A stretch of DNA of 64,000 nucleotides from positions 32,001-96,000 of the IMG/VR virus record IMGVR_UViG_3300010371_000029; one strand, 5' to 3'. The DNA comes from a virus. Of the stretch, positions 1-9,600 are shown one piece after another. The notes under the pieces were generated by a model, which saw only the letters and a program-made list of their open reading frames with translations, was not told where the DNA came from and made no database searches. Position numbers and translations under genes: made by a program. Position 1 is the stretch's first letter, and the number at the start of each line of letters is the position of its first letter.

Positions 1-2
1 CT

Positions 3-137
3 GTAATGCCTAATGGAACAGCTATGGTCCAACAGGATAATCTTGGACCTGAAGTTCCTTATAACAATACGGTACTTGGAGAAGTTGCGTTGATTGTAGA
101 AGATAGGCTAAATTGGCCCGTTTATTACAGCGCATAA
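3..137 (+). CDS. 3' end of a gene truncated by the window edge (hypothetical, virion module)
   Basis: Open frame from base 3 (VMPNGTAMVQQ...WPVYYSA) to TAA at 135-137. Confidence 0.6.
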   Translation, partial: VMPNGTAMVQQDNLGPEVPYNNTVLGEVALIVEDRLNWPVYYSA

Positions 138-165
138 TTACCTATCTTAACACATTGGAACTAAA

Positions 166-672
166 ATGGCCGACCTTTTTACCATAAGTCCCGATATAAT
201 AGCTACTTACGTGGCTGGGATATCGGCGTTAGTCGAACAATTAGGGAAGAACTGCACACTTGTATACCCGCCAACAAAAATTAGTTGCCCCAACTGCACC
301 TATGACCCTATCTTAAAGAAGTCAAACAATGTATGGAACGGTACAGGTCCCGTTCCATTTTCAGGAGGTATCTGTCCGTATTGTACTGGTATAGGTCTTT
401 CTACTCAAAATGTAACGAAAGTGGTTAAGGGACTTTTACAGTGGAGCCCCAAAGATATAGGGCGGTATGGCAGCAATGTAGAACCGAAAGACATTGTGAA
501 ACTTAAAACCTATGCTACTAACGCCCAAGATATTTTAAACGCGACTGAGGTAATAGTAGACTCAGACCTAATAGGCATTGCTAACCAACGCTGCAAACTC
601 CTAAAAGGTCCCACTTTTATTGGGTTACAATCGTCTAAGTTTGTTGTATTTTATTTCCAGCGAATTAATTAA
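166..672 (+). CDS. putative head-closure/head-tail connector protein with zinc-finger insert
   Basis: CPNC and CPYC pairs; position at the start of the neck/tail gene run. Confidence 0.45.
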   Translation: MADLFTISPDIIATYVAGISALVEQLGKNCTLVYPPTKISCPNCTYDPILKKSNNVWNGTGPVPFSGGICPYCTGIGLSTQNVTKVVKGLLQWSPKDIGRYGSNVEPKDIVKLKTYATNAQDILNATEVIVDSDLIGIANQRCKLLKGPTFIGLQSSKFVVFYFQRIN

Positions 673-680
673 GGGCAAAA

Positions 681-1376
681 ATGCCCACTGTAAATATCAA
701 CGATTTTCCGGCTTTTCAAAAAGCCGTGATAAATGAGTTCGGGTTTAAACTAAAAGATTATTTAGACGTTGCCACTAAAACAATACAAAATGGAATTCGT
801 TCCTTAATTATTACAGAAATACAAAACTCCCATGAATATAAGCTTCTCTTGGATAATAGCTCGTCTGGGCCTGATTTTAGAGCGGATTTTGGTACGAACC
901 GGCTTGGCGGTCCTTTACGCGATATGCTCAACGTATTTGCGAACCAAGTTTCCCTCGAAAGCAAAGCTCGAAAAACACCCCGAGACATCAAAGTTAGATT
1001 AACGTTTAATATTGTAGAGGGCGATTTCGAGAAAGTATGCGAACTTCCTTCTGTTCAATACATATCCGAGCCTTCGGGCTCTGTGATAAATTGGTTAAAA
1101 TGGATTTTAAAGGAAGGGTCTACCGTTATGCGGGGATGGACAATAGACTATGACCTGTCCGCCAGTGCTAAACTTAGGTCTAGAACGGGCCGGGCGATTA
1201 TGAGAAGGTTAGGGCCTAAAAGACAAGAGTTGGGCTATCGCCCCTGGCGTCTGCCGCCCCCATTTTTTGGGGATGATGAAGACTATAATTTCGTTACCCG
1301 CGCCTTGACTAGTGAGCATTTCAAACGGGCCGTTTCTAAACTTATTTCCAAAACTTTAATTGAAACCAGGATATGA
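681..1376 (+). CDS. putative neck/tail-completion protein
   Basis: Basic 231-aa ORF ending in a 'NFVTRAL' helix; position between head-closure and tail-terminator candidates. Confidence 0.35.
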   Translation: MPTVNINDFPAFQKAVINEFGFKLKDYLDVATKTIQNGIRSLIITEIQNSHEYKLLLDNSSSGPDFRADFGTNRLGGPLRDMLNVFANQVSLESKARKTPRDIKVRLTFNIVEGDFEKVCELPSVQYISEPSGSVINWLKWILKEGSTVMRGWTIDYDLSASAKLRSRTGRAIMRRLGPKRQELGYRPWRLPPPFFGDDEDYNFVTRALTSEHFKRAVSKLISKTLIETRI

Positions 1377-2353
1377 GTTCCTCCCCTCAAACGTTCTTAA
1401 AAGGGATTAAAAATATAGGAGGCATCAATCTAGGCGCGGCTCTTGAGCGTTCCTTTATTGAATATTTGAACTGGGGCTTACTTGGGGCGGGTGGTTTCTT
1501 TAATGTGGAACCAAGTCAATCCTCAGCGTGGGGCGGGGACCAATCGAGGCTACGGCTTTCCGGGGACGAACGATATAACGGGACTGTATACGAAGGTTTC
1601 CGAGCCAATTGGGTTTGGGAAAGTGGGGTAAATCTACAAACAGGGGGCAGCCAACCAATACAGGCATCGGGCGTAATAGTTAATGGGGAATTTATAAGCG
1701 TAGATACGCCGGCCTCAGGATTATATTCGCACACTATAGATTATCCCAACGGCCGTGTGATATTCAACTCTCCTTTAACTAACGGTGAAACCGTACAATG
1801 TGCGTTTTCGCATCGCTGGGTACAAGTTGAAACTACGGAACATCCCGGTTTTGAACAATTATTCTATCGGTCCTATAGGGTGGATGACCCCACATTTTTA
1901 CAAACATCCGGTAATTGGGGCGTCCTTCCTGAAGAGAGGGTGCAACTTCCGGCAATTTTCGTGGAACAATTGGGTTCAGAGGAAAGTCAGGGATTACAAC
2001 TAGGGGGCGGCCTTATTATACGTAGAGCTTGTCTCTCATGGGTTTTTGCTGAGAATAAGTTTGACCGGGATAATCTTGTTGACTTAATTAATTATCAAAA
2101 TAGATTAAATGTTGGTGTATTAGACTATAACTTAATGGCGCAGAATGGATATAGTCCCCTTACGGCAATTGGCGGAATTAATGAAGGTGCTCTTACATAT
2201 CCCCAACTTGTTCAGGACGTGGCTAACAGTGGATACTTATATTTGAACGCCTTCATAATTGACTCTAAAATAATGCCTCAAGAAGAAAAAACTAATTATG
2301 CTTTCGTCGGTAAAGTTAGAACGATATTCGAGATATACTCGCCGTGGCTATAG
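1373..2353 (+). CDS. putative tail terminator-like structural protein
   Basis: 'VQLPAIFVE' and 'DRDNLVDLI' segments resemble tail terminator folds; synteny upstream of the tail tube candidate; ATGA overlap. Confidence 0.45.
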   Translation: MSSSPQTFLKGIKNIGGINLGAALERSFIEYLNWGLLGAGGFFNVEPSQSSAWGGDQSRLRLSGDERYNGTVYEGFRANWVWESGVNLQTGGSQPIQASGVIVNGEFISVDTPASGLYSHTIDYPNGRVIFNSPLTNGETVQCAFSHRWVQVETTEHPGFEQLFYRSYRVDDPTFLQTSGNWGVLPEERVQLPAIFVEQLGSEESQGLQLGGGLIIRRACLSWVFAENKFDRDNLVDLINYQNRLNVGVLDYNLMAQNGYSPLTAIGGINEGALTYPQLVQDVANSGYLYLNAFIIDSKIMPQEEKTNYAFVGKVRTIFEIYSPWL

Positions 2354-3138
2354 AAAGAGCAATTTCGGGACAGACAAAAGGAAGTGAAATTTACTTCAAA
2401 GCTGCCACTGAAAAATATGTAAATAAACATTTTGGCAAATTATTTGTTCACGGTATAAGTAAAAATAAGAGATATAATGATAGGCTCTATATCGTTACAT
2501 GTGAGTGTACCCCAAATGAAGAATTTGAAGTGTCAAGTACAAGATTACACGATGAGGGAAGTTGTGGCTGTTTAATGTATGCTGAAAGGTCTAGAAGGAC
2601 TATTTTAAAAGATTATACCGGTAAACAGTTTGGGCCTTTTAAAGTTGTAAAATTGCACAGTTTAAAACCTACGAAATATGAGTGTGTTTGCCCAAAAGGA
2701 CATATATTCTATTTTACTACTAGTACATTAAAAAAGAAAGCTAAGACAAAGTGTTGTTCTGAATGTTGGTGCATGGAAAACGGACGAGCGTGTTCAGTTT
2801 TGCAAAAATGTGTTCAAAATCTAACTGGCGGTGTATTAAACTACAGATTTGGCACACGTTATTTCGATATTTGCTTAGAATCTGAAAAAATAGTCATAGA
2901 AGTAGATTCTTGGTACTGGCACGCTCAAAGATTAGACCAGGACCTTATACGAGATAAGTTTATTTTATCTTCAGGTTGGAAATTTATAAAAATTTGTACC
3001 GGAATGACTATTCCAACCCAAGAAGAAATTAACGAATGTATAGCAGCGGTAAAACAATACGGCTTCGTTACACTTTATCTCGATGGTTGGGGCGAAGGGC
3101 CAACAGCTAATTTAAAAAAACTCAAAAATAAAACTTAG
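2344..3138 (+). CDS. free-standing homing endonuclease-like protein (Cys-rich repeats plus DUF559/PD-(D/E)XK-like nuclease)
   Basis: Two 'FG(K/P)..V...C.C' repeats, SCGC, and C-terminal 'FDICLESEKIVIEVDSWYWH...D..RD' Vsr/DUF559-like motif; AT-rich insertion in the structural operon. Confidence 0.65.
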   Translation: MAIERAISGQTKGSEIYFKAATEKYVNKHFGKLFVHGISKNKRYNDRLYIVTCECTPNEEFEVSSTRLHDEGSCGCLMYAERSRRTILKDYTGKQFGPFKVVKLHSLKPTKYECVCPKGHIFYFTTSTLKKKAKTKCCSECWCMENGRACSVLQKCVQNLTGGVLNYRFGTRYFDICLESEKIVIEVDSWYWHAQRLDQDLIRDKFILSSGWKFIKICTGMTIPTQEEINECIAAVKQYGFVTLYLDGWGEGPTANLKKLKNKT

Positions 3139-3194
3139 TGGTGCATGGGAGAAACCCTAAACAATGGGATTTTATCACTCGATTGCACCAAGAA

Positions 3195-3201
3195 GTGTAT
3201 T
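3195..3201 (+). promoter_or_regulatory. candidate late promoter motif GTGTATT
   Basis: Same motif occurs intergenically at 22860 (+) and as GTGTATA at 39645-39651 (-). Confidence 0.35.
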
Positions 3202-3262
3202 TAATAACGGCAACGGCCTTTCAGGCCCTTACACTCCCAATAATTCAGGGAATATAGGTAAA

Positions 3263-4285
3263 ATGGGTAATCAACGGTTATTCTATGCGTGCGAAGCCAT
3301 AGGTATTGCTCCTCAATCGAGCACCAGTTTTAAGACCGTCCACGGCGTTCAAAGTGTCGGTATTTCCACTCAGTTTAATCTGATTCAGGTTTTTGAACTT
3401 GGTCAGCTTAATCTTTATGACTACCCGGAAAATATTCCGAACATCGAAGTAACGATGGAGCGGGTATTGGATGGTTATCCTCTTGCTTATGACTTAGCCA
3501 CGCATAATGCGCCTTCTCAGAGTTTAGTAGGACGTTCAGCGCAGCAGTGTAATATTGCCATGAGCCTTTTCCCCGATACTAATGGGGCTGCTTCAGGTGA
3601 CGCTCTTTTCCAAGTTACCTGTTCGGGCATGTTTGTGTCGTCTTTAAGCTATAGCCTTTCTGTAGGTGACAATAGTAAAGAAAACATTACCTTTGTGGGT
3701 AATAATAAGTATTGGTCCTCTGGTTTAGCCTGCACTTTTGAGAATCCCTTTACCGGTTCTGATTTCCCTCTTGCTACTGCTGGTGGTTCGGGTGGTACTC
3801 AACGCCGTGAAGATGTTCTCATGGGTAGCTCCTATTGGCCCAAGGGAATGCTCGGCATTTCAACCTCCGGTACTAATGATATGCCGGCCGGCAGCGCTAA
3901 GTTTAACTGTCCTATCCAAAGTGTTAACATTTCGGTCGATTTGGGCCGGGATGACCTATTCCAACTTGGAACTAGAGCCCAGTATTTCCGCTATGTAAAT
4001 TTCCCTGTTGAAGTCACTACGGCTATCGAAGTTCTTTCAAACGAACAGGGCGATTACGTTAATGCTTATGCCACCCCCGTTGGTGGTACTAACGTTACAC
4101 CCGAAAAGATTTATGTTGCCATGAAAGACGGCACCGTATTTGACCTTGGAACGACTAATAAGCTGCAAAGTATTACCTTTGGTGGTGGGGACGTTGGTGG
4201 TGGAAACGCTACTGTAACTTATAATTATAGTAATTTCAACGTATTAACAGTAAGTCAGCCGCCCGAAGTTTTTGGGCAAGATTAA
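3263..4285 (+). CDS. putative major tail (tube) protein
   Basis: Beta-rich, with internally duplicated 'QSV.IS......(V/L)F(E/Q)LG' motifs; followed by a strong terminator; upstream of chaperones and tape measure. ATG at 3263 preferred over 3164. Confidence 0.6.
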   Translation: MGNQRLFYACEAIGIAPQSSTSFKTVHGVQSVGISTQFNLIQVFELGQLNLYDYPENIPNIEVTMERVLDGYPLAYDLATHNAPSQSLVGRSAQQCNIAMSLFPDTNGAASGDALFQVTCSGMFVSSLSYSLSVGDNSKENITFVGNNKYWSSGLACTFENPFTGSDFPLATAGGSGGTQRREDVLMGSSYWPKGMLGISTSGTNDMPAGSAKFNCPIQSVNISVDLGRDDLFQLGTRAQYFRYVNFPVEVTTAIEVLSNEQGDYVNAYATPVGGTNVTPEKIYVAMKDGTVFDLGTTNKLQSITFGGGDVGGGNATVTYNYSNFNVLTVSQPPEVFGQD

Positions 4286-4317
4286 AGTACATAAATATAT
4301 TATTTTTCTTTCTACCT

Positions 4318-4345
4318 ACGGCCCCTTTTGGGGCCGTTTGTATTT
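4318..4345 (+). terminator. intrinsic terminator after major tail protein
   Basis: ACGGCCCC-TTTT-GGGGCCGT perfect stem followed by TTGTATTT. Confidence 0.75.
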
Positions 4346-4362
4346 AAGGAGTGCGCTAGCAC

Positions 4363-5409
4363 ATGGAATATTATGAGCGGGAACAATTAGTTCTAAAACT
4401 GATTAGCGGGACCACCTTTCTAGAAGTGGGCGACCTTCTTGAATTAAAAACCCCTACTAGAGTTCAACGTTTAAGAGCCTCTATTCTTTATCAAGAGGCA
4501 TATACCGAATCTCGTAATAACTTTGTCCTAACTGAAGAAGAGGCTTACGGTGCCCTTATTGATATGGGGGCTTGGTCGGAACAAAAGGAAGTTTTATTAG
4601 AAAAGTTAAAGGAACAATTGGACGAAATGAAGATTACGCTTTTTCAGAGCATTTTTAAAAGCAGTGGGCAAAAAGCTTTAAAAGATGGGATAAAGCTGGC
4701 CAAACAGAATATAGCTTCTCTTGAAGCCGAGAAGAACTTTCTCTCTAACTATACCTGCGAAGGGGCCGGGCGACAGGCGAAGGAGTATTATTTATCGCTT
4801 TGCGAAATCTATAGCGGCAGTAGCCGCTGGATTGACCCGGATTATGCCATTTATAACGGAGTGGACCATTTTGACGAGATTCTAGACGCCCGTTATGATT
4901 TTAGGTACACAGAGGGCAACATTCGTCTATTGGCCCGCACAGAGCCTTTCAGGGCCATTTGGAACAGTTCGGATAGAACAGCCAAGGATTTATTCGGGGC
5001 CTCAGCGGGGGATTTAAGTCAGGAGCAGCAAATGTTGCTTCTTTGGGCCACCACTTATGATAACATTTACAAAAGTCCCGACTGCCCCTTAGATGAAGTG
5101 GTAAATGATGATGACATGTTGGATGGCTGGTTAATATTAGAGAATAGAAAAAATAGCCGCGATAAAGAACTTAAACAAGGAGAGGTTACAGTTTCCGACA
5201 AGATTAAGCGGGCTCAGGAAGTTTATTTGATGGCTGACACGGCCAAAGACGCTAAAAGGGTGTATAGTTTGAATGCGGGGTTAGCTTCTAGTACGATTAA
5301 ATCAAGAATGGATACAATTAAGAGTAAGGGAACGGTTTCGGAAATGGAAATGCCGGATGTTCAGCAGAAGTTAGCTATGGAAATTAATAAGGCCAGTATG
5401 AAAAGGTAA
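4363..5409 (+). CDS. hypothetical protein (possible tail assembly factor)
   Basis: AAGGAG RBS; helical/coiled-coil; located between tail tube and tape measure. Confidence 0.4.
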   Translation: MEYYEREQLVLKLISGTTFLEVGDLLELKTPTRVQRLRASILYQEAYTESRNNFVLTEEEAYGALIDMGAWSEQKEVLLEKLKEQLDEMKITLFQSIFKSSGQKALKDGIKLAKQNIASLEAEKNFLSNYTCEGAGRQAKEYYLSLCEIYSGSSRWIDPDYAIYNGVDHFDEILDARYDFRYTEGNIRLLARTEPFRAIWNSSDRTAKDLFGASAGDLSQEQQMLLLWATTYDNIYKSPDCPLDEVVNDDDMLDGWLILENRKNSRDKELKQGEVTVSDKIKRAQEVYLMADTAKDAKRVYSLNAGLASSTIKSRMDTIKSKGTVSEMEMPDVQQKLAMEINKASMKR

Positions 5410-5417
5410 GGAGATTT

Positions 5418-5762
5418 ATGGACGACGGATTTAATCATTTAAGTCGGTTAAAGAGGGCCAGTGTTGACACGAACAAACAACTTGCTTTAACTAAGAGCCG
5501 CGAGCGGCTAAAAGAGTTGCAACAAAAACGACTTAAAACGACTATGATTGGTGCATTGGATAAGTTTGAGCGATTTTTTGGAGATTTATGGGGACACGGC
5601 AAACATCCCAACGAATTAACCTCTAAAGAGGCAGAGTTTCGTCAAAAATGGGAAATTTGTCGCACCTTGATTTTGGATAATGGAAATGCTCAGGTTCGAG
5701 CTTTGAATAATGAACTAGAATCATTTAAAATTATTTTACAAACGATTAAGGAAAGGGATTAA
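5418..5762 (+). CDS. hypothetical protein
   Basis: TAAGGAG RBS, 114-aa ORF in the operon. Confidence 0.6.
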   Translation: MDDGFNHLSRLKRASVDTNKQLALTKSRERLKELQQKRLKTTMIGALDKFERFFGDLWGHGKHPNELTSKEAEFRQKWEICRTLILDNGNAQVRALNNELESFKIILQTIKERD

Positions 5763-5764
5763 GA

Positions 5765-6571
5765 ATGAAAGAGAATAAGAAAGAGACTTTTAAGGTAAAG
5801 AAGAATGATGCCGAAGTGGTTTTTGCGGTTAATCGACCCACTCCTCGTCAATTAGAGAAGGCCCAACTTCAATATAACATAGCCCTACAAGAAGCTATTA
5901 AGGACAAGGCGCTGCTTCGTGCAACAGTAAACTCGCTTTTGCGAGAACAGGGGCTTTGGAACGATGAAAAGGATAAGAAAGTCAAGGATTTGATTTCTCA
6001 GATTAGAGAGAACGAACGGGCACTTAAAGAGGGGGGAATTAAACTTTCCAAGGGGCGTGAAATTGCTCTGAAAACCCGTAGATTGCGGGAAGAATTAGTA
6101 AATGAAACTTCAGTTAAGAACGATTTGGATGGGGCAACCGCAGAGGCACGGGCGGAAAATCGTCGATTTGATTATCTTCTTACCCAGTGTCTTGTTTACA
6201 ATGATAGCGGTAAGCCCTACTTCGAGAATTTGGAAGCATATACAAACTATGTTGAAGAGGACGAAGTTCCTGTTAAAGGGGCGCGTATCCTCGCGGCGAT
6301 GATTTTTGGTTACGATAAAGATTTAGAAAAGAAGCTTCCTGAAAACAAGTTTCTTCAAACGTATAAATTTGTAGATGAAAATCTGCGATTTATTAATAAA
6401 GACGGTAAGTTAGTTAATGAGGATGGGCAGCTAATAAACGAAGACGGCCGCCTAATTAATGAAGATGGACAATTGATTGATATTAACGGTTCGCCCATTA
6501 ATGAAGATGGGGAATCTTTAGTTGAAAGTAAACCATTTATTGATGATTTGACTGGTCAGCCGGTAGCTTAA
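5765..6571 (+). CDS. putative tail assembly chaperone with C-terminal heptad repeats
   Basis: Directly precedes the tape measure gene; coiled-coil; (I/V)NEDG.L repeats. Confidence 0.45.
   Translation: MKENKKETFKVKKNDAEVVFAVNRPTPRQLEKAQLQYNIALQEAIKDKALLRATVNSLLREQGLWNDEKDKKVKDLISQIRENERALKEGGIKLSKGREIALKTRRLREELVNETSVKNDLDGATAEARAENRRFDYLLTQCLVYNDSGKPYFENLEAYTNYVEEDEVPVKGARILAAMIFGYDKDLEKKLPENKFLQTYKFVDENLRFINKDGKLVNEDGQLINEDGRLINEDGQLIDINGSPINEDGESLVESKPFIDDLTGQPVA
6392..6517 (+). repeat. six tandem 21-nt/7-aa repeats (INKDGKL VNEDGQL INEDGRL INEDGQL IDINGSP INEDGES)
   Basis: Read directly from the translation. Confidence 0.85.
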
Positions 6572-6591
6572 GATAAAATTAAGGTCCAATT

Positions 6592-6632
6592 AGGGGGTCT
6601 GGTGCATTTCTGCGCTAGGCCCCTTTTTATTT
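6592..6632 (+). terminator. intrinsic terminator upstream of the tape measure gene
   Basis: GGGGTCTGGTGCA-TTTC-TGCGCTAGGCCCC stem (with G:U pairs) followed by TTTTTATTT. Confidence 0.75.
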
Positions 6633-6669
6633 ATAACGAGTACGTTCTAAATTTTAAAGAAATAATTGA

Positions 6670-9600
6670 ATGGCTTCAAAATTCGTAATCTCTGCTGAGT
6701 TAAATCTTCAGGGTGTGACCGGGCTTAAAGAAGCACAGACTTCTATTAAGAAAGGTCTAGCCAAAACTGCATTACAAATTGATTCCATTACTGTTAGTCA
6801 AAAAGCTATCAGTCAGGCCCAAAGGGCTATTAATAAGGCTGTTTCCGCTAATTTAAATATTTCTAAAATTCGTTTTGCTAGTACAGCCCTGAATAATCTT
6901 TCTAAACAACTTCAAGGTGCCCTATCTAAACCTATCAATATAGGTTCTATTAATTTAGGTAAAGCTGGATTTGCTAATATAGCACGGCAAATTAATCAGG
7001 GGTTGGCTAATAGGACCATTACAGTTTCTCAATTAGCTGTTTCCAGAAGCGCGGTGAATTCTTTAGCTAGAAGTATCAGTGCGGGCCTAGCTAATGCACG
7101 TTTCACCTTACCTATTTTTAACGTTAGACAAAATGTTGTAAGTTCTATTTTAAGTCAAATAAGAAATCAACTTCGTACTGCGCCGCCAGTAACTTTGAAT
7201 ATTCGGGCAAATGTTTTGGGAACAACTCGGTCTATTTCAGGAAGTGGTGGTGGAAACGCTATTAGACAGATTAGGGCTGATTTAACTGACGCTAATAGTG
7301 CGCTCGCACAGTTTGGTACGCAGGCCGGTTTTACCTTTAAACGGTTCCTTGCTTATAAAGTCACCACTGATATATTCTTTTCTATCTCTCGCTCTATCGG
7401 AGCCGCCACGGAAAAGTTCCTTGAATTTGACCGTGAATTAAGACGCGCCCAACAGGTTACGCAAGAAAGTGAAATTGCTGTACAATCCCTTTCCCAGGCC
7501 GCAAGGGATATAGGTAAAAATTATGGTACTTCATCTTTAGAAATTTTAAAATCGGCGACTACGTTAGCTCAGGCGGGCATCCCATTAAAAGAAGTACAAG
7601 ATATTATCAAGGTTATAGGTAAGACTGACCTTGCACCTACCTTTACTTCGATTAAAAATACTACCGAAGCCGTTATTGCTATTAAAAATCAATTCAAACT
7701 TAGTACAAGTGAAATAGAACGTTCATTAGGGTCTGTGAATAAAGTTGCGGCAGATTTCGCCGTTGAATCAGACGACATTCTTGAAGCGGTTAGACGTGTG
7801 GGTGGTGTTTTCGCCCAAACTAATAATGGAGTGGAAGACGGTGTACGCAATTTTCAACAGTTGATTGCTGTATTTACCGCTGTCCGTCAAACTACCCGTG
7901 AAAGTGCCGAAGCTATTTCTACTGGCTTAAGAAATATTTTTACTCGTTTACAACGGCCTAAAACTTTGGAATATTTGGACGATTTAAATATTAGGTTGAG
8001 AGATGCTAGGGGCGAGTTTATTGGAATTTTTCCAGCACTGGAAAAGCTCAATTCAGCATTCAAACAATTAGAAGCTAAAGGTGATACTTCTACCAAATTC
8101 GCTATTTTAGAGGAAATTGCGGGTTCGCGCAACCTTTCCCGTGCTTTGCCCGCTATTAATCAGGTTGGGACTGCTAGGAGTGCCTATTTCTCTGGTTTAT
8201 TGGGAGAAAACAGTCTTAATGCTGAGAAAGGTATTGCTGGAAAATCTCTTCAAAATCAAGTTAAAAGACTTGGAGAAACATTTTTTGATACTTATACCGA
8301 AATTGCCAACAATGACAGTGTAAAGAAAACCGCCCAATCGTTTATTGATTTATCATCTTCTATCTTAACTCTTACTAAAAATTTGGCGGGTCTTACTCCT
8401 GTTTTAGCATCTTTAGGAGTGGGGTTTGGACTAAAAGCTTTACAGACAACTCTCTTTAATTTCGGTAAGGGATTTTTTGGAGCTTCCCTTCCAAATGGAA
8501 CTAGATTATCTCCAAATGCAAATTCCAAATATACGGCTTCGCCTAGTCAATTGGTTCAGAGAGCTTCTTTGTTTCAAGGAACTCCTAGGATTCAATCAAG
8601 TTATTCAGCTATCTCGAATAATCAACGTTTCTACCGGAATGCAAAAACGTCTGGATTATCTTCTACTATTTTAGGTAATTCTGTTTTACCTGATGGTTCA
8701 ACACCGGAAGCTAAGGCTTTATTAGGAGCACAAACAGGTATTGTAAATGCAAGAAATAGAATTTCTAGTTTACAAACTAGTATTCAATCTTCTACTAATG
8801 CTAATGAAATTTTAACTTTTAAACAATCTTTATTAAAATCTGCAAGAGCTATTTCTGTATTAGAAACAACGGTTTCTCAATTAACACCGGTAGTTGCTCA
8901 ACAGACTAGACTTATTGGTGGTTTTGGTGGGGCTGTAGTGAATGTTGGTCGCGGAACACGTAGGGTTTCAACTTTAGGTCGAATTCCTAGAGGTTTGAGA
9001 AATTTAGGTAGTGCAGCTTTGCGTCATTCGCCTGGAATAGTTAATAGCTTAAGCACGGCCGCTCTACTCGGTACGTCATTTTTGGATACAGAACAAACAC
9101 CTGATTTATCTAATTCTAGTTCTAAAAGAATAAAAGCTTCTTTACAGGGAGCAGGATTTGGTTCGTTTTCTGGTGCTTTTGTTGGAACACAACTTGCCGG
9201 ACCAATTGGAGGAACGGTTGGTGCATTAGGTGGGGCGATTGGCGGATTTATTAGTGCTTTTGATAGGGCGACTAGAGAGATAGAATCTATCAAGATTGAT
9301 AGGTCTTTAAGTGAATTATCTGGTAAATTTTCTACACTAAGAGAAAAATTAGCTGATGTTATTAATCCTTTAGAAAGATTGAAAATAATAGCCGAGACAT
9401 TTGGCGGTAAAGACCCATTAGATGAAGTTTTTAAGGAATTTGATAAAAAAAGAAATCAGAACGAAAAAGAAGCTACGTTCGGACGAGACGTGGTTCGAGG
9501 AATTTTTTCTCCTTATGAAGCAGTCCATCGTTTTTTGGGGGGGAATCCAAGACGATTTGGCGCTGCCGACACGATTAGTGATTTTGTAGGTCTTAGTCCA

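Noticed and set aside
3164-3262. ORF-track start of the major tail protein at 3164
   Set aside because: The extension spans hairpins and the candidate promoter; ATG at 3263 fits better.
4363-6571. Programmed -1 frameshift in tail assembly chaperones
   Set aside because: No convincing slippery site linking the ORFs was identified; each has its own RBS or start.
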